Notes under the pieces: model-generated | Databases searched by the model: none | What the model saw: the letters and a program-made list of their open reading frames with translations, nothing else | Told to the model about the DNA's origin: nothing | Source: Pachysolen tannophilus NRRL Y-2460 | Lineage: Eukaryota | Direction of reading: 5' to 3' | Length of the DNA stretch: 20,000 nucleotides | NCBI GenBank assembly: GCA_001661245.1 | Contig: KV454011.1 | Location: forward strand, 785,345-805,344 | Made by a program: the position numbers and the translations under genes | In this document: positions 18,747 through 20,000 of the stretch, piece by piece | Layout: each line of letters begins with the position of its first letter | Position numbering within the stretch: the first letter of the stretch is position 1

Positions 18747-20000
18747 GACCTCCTCTTGATTTTCACCATTTATTCTAACCATAATTTTTCCATCTCTCGA
18801 GATGTCCTAACGTCAGCTAATAAATGGATTCACATGATTTATTTATCATTGAGATAAATAAGATTCATTTTGTTCAGTTTCTCATTTGCACATTGTACCT
18901 CTTGAAATTTGATGTTTTTCATCTAGAATTAAATTTTCCATTTAAAAAAATATACAGATACAAAACATCTTCTAGATAGTACAGAATAATCTCAAATTTC
19001 TCTTCTCAAATATAAAACTTTTGAGAAAAACAACTTATCTCTAAAAACATTAAATTTATACAGTAAAGGCTATTTTGAAAGTTGTTAGAAATTTTACTAA
19101 AAACACAAACATTTTGCTTGAGATGGAGTCAACATGCAGAACGTTCTTTTCTTCATTGAAATTTTGAACCTGTTAAATTACAAATACACATAGAATAGCA
19201 CCGATTACATAAGCTGGTTTGTGTAAACATAGTGCCTATTTTTTTTATTTCTCATGATAATTTACTTTTGCTATCTTCTTTTTATAAAAATATTACAAGA
19301 ATAAATAATGTTGTTTATAACGGAAAAGTAAAGTAAATATGCAATATATACTATATTTAAGCTGCCAAATGGTGGAGAAAAGTATAATCTACCACAAAGA
19401 AAAACATGTTAGAATTTGATATGCGTTGAGCATATTTCATTTTTAAAAAGAATATTAACTATCGACTATAAAAAAATTAGGTGCTATATGTTGACGAGTG
19501 CAATTGAAGTAAACAAGATTTATCATTATATTTGCGTTTGAGAAATAGTTATATGATGAAGTGAATTAGTAATATATTTAATTTCAGTTTTAAAATGATA
19601 ATGAATGTTCAAGAATGAAGTTAGGATAAACCAATGATGCGTCGTAATTTGCTTTGGAGTTACAATATTAAAAAAAAAAAAACAAGGAAAGATAGATAAA
19701 GATTGATGATCTTTTTTAGAAAAATTTCAGATTTTTTATTATCATGAAGCTTATTCATAAAGAATGAGATACAATGCAAGAATTAATCTTATAAGTTGTA
19801 AAATATGTTTTATTATGTTTAACTATGATTGAAACTACTATTTCAGAAGAATTTGATAAAGAAAAAAAAAAAACTTTTTGAATCCACTTTCGAAATCCAA
19901 CATAAAAAAGCCTAAAAGCTTAAAGCTCAGATATATTAAATAAACTGGGTAAAAAGTTCTAAAGAGAAAAGGATTTTGAGAGAATTTACAAGAATTAAGT

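Noticed and set aside
18829..18836. TTCACATG as centromere CDEI
   Set aside because: Does not match RTCACRTG and no CDEIII follows at the expected distance.
18654..18857. 67-aa ORF
   Set aside because: GTG start inside the tRNA gene and runs through the Pol III terminator.
18412..20000. Solo LTR flanking the tRNA
   Set aside because: No convincing TG...CA inverted termini with a 5-bp target-site duplication seen.

Overview
AT-rich, gene-dense budding-yeast (Saccharomycotina) chromosomal window. Left to right: 5' end of an MGS1-like gene (UBZ zinc finger, runs off the left edge), TGL3 (with a 5' exon and 60-nt intron missed by the ORF track), ELP6, ZUO1, a secreted histidine acid phosphatase/phytase, an intron-containing uncharacterised mitochondrial protein, VID30/GID1, SAH1, SHE10/OSW7 (split by a frameshift in a T11 run), a SAP155-type SIT4-associated protein, a 2-TM orphan resembling DUP240/COS proteins, an intronless tRNA-Leu(CAA), and about 1.25 kb without ORFs. 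Main points: (1) in-frame CTG codons fall where homologues have small residues, suggesting CUG is not read as Leu (Ala favoured, as in Pachysolen/table 26), so the supplied translations are probably wrong at those sites; (2) SHE10 needs a -1 shift at a slippery U-run immediately before a UAG (assembly error versus recoding); (3) Tgl3 looks catalytically dead at both known motifs. All homologue comparisons are from memory, not from a database search. No mobile element or CRISPR array was found.
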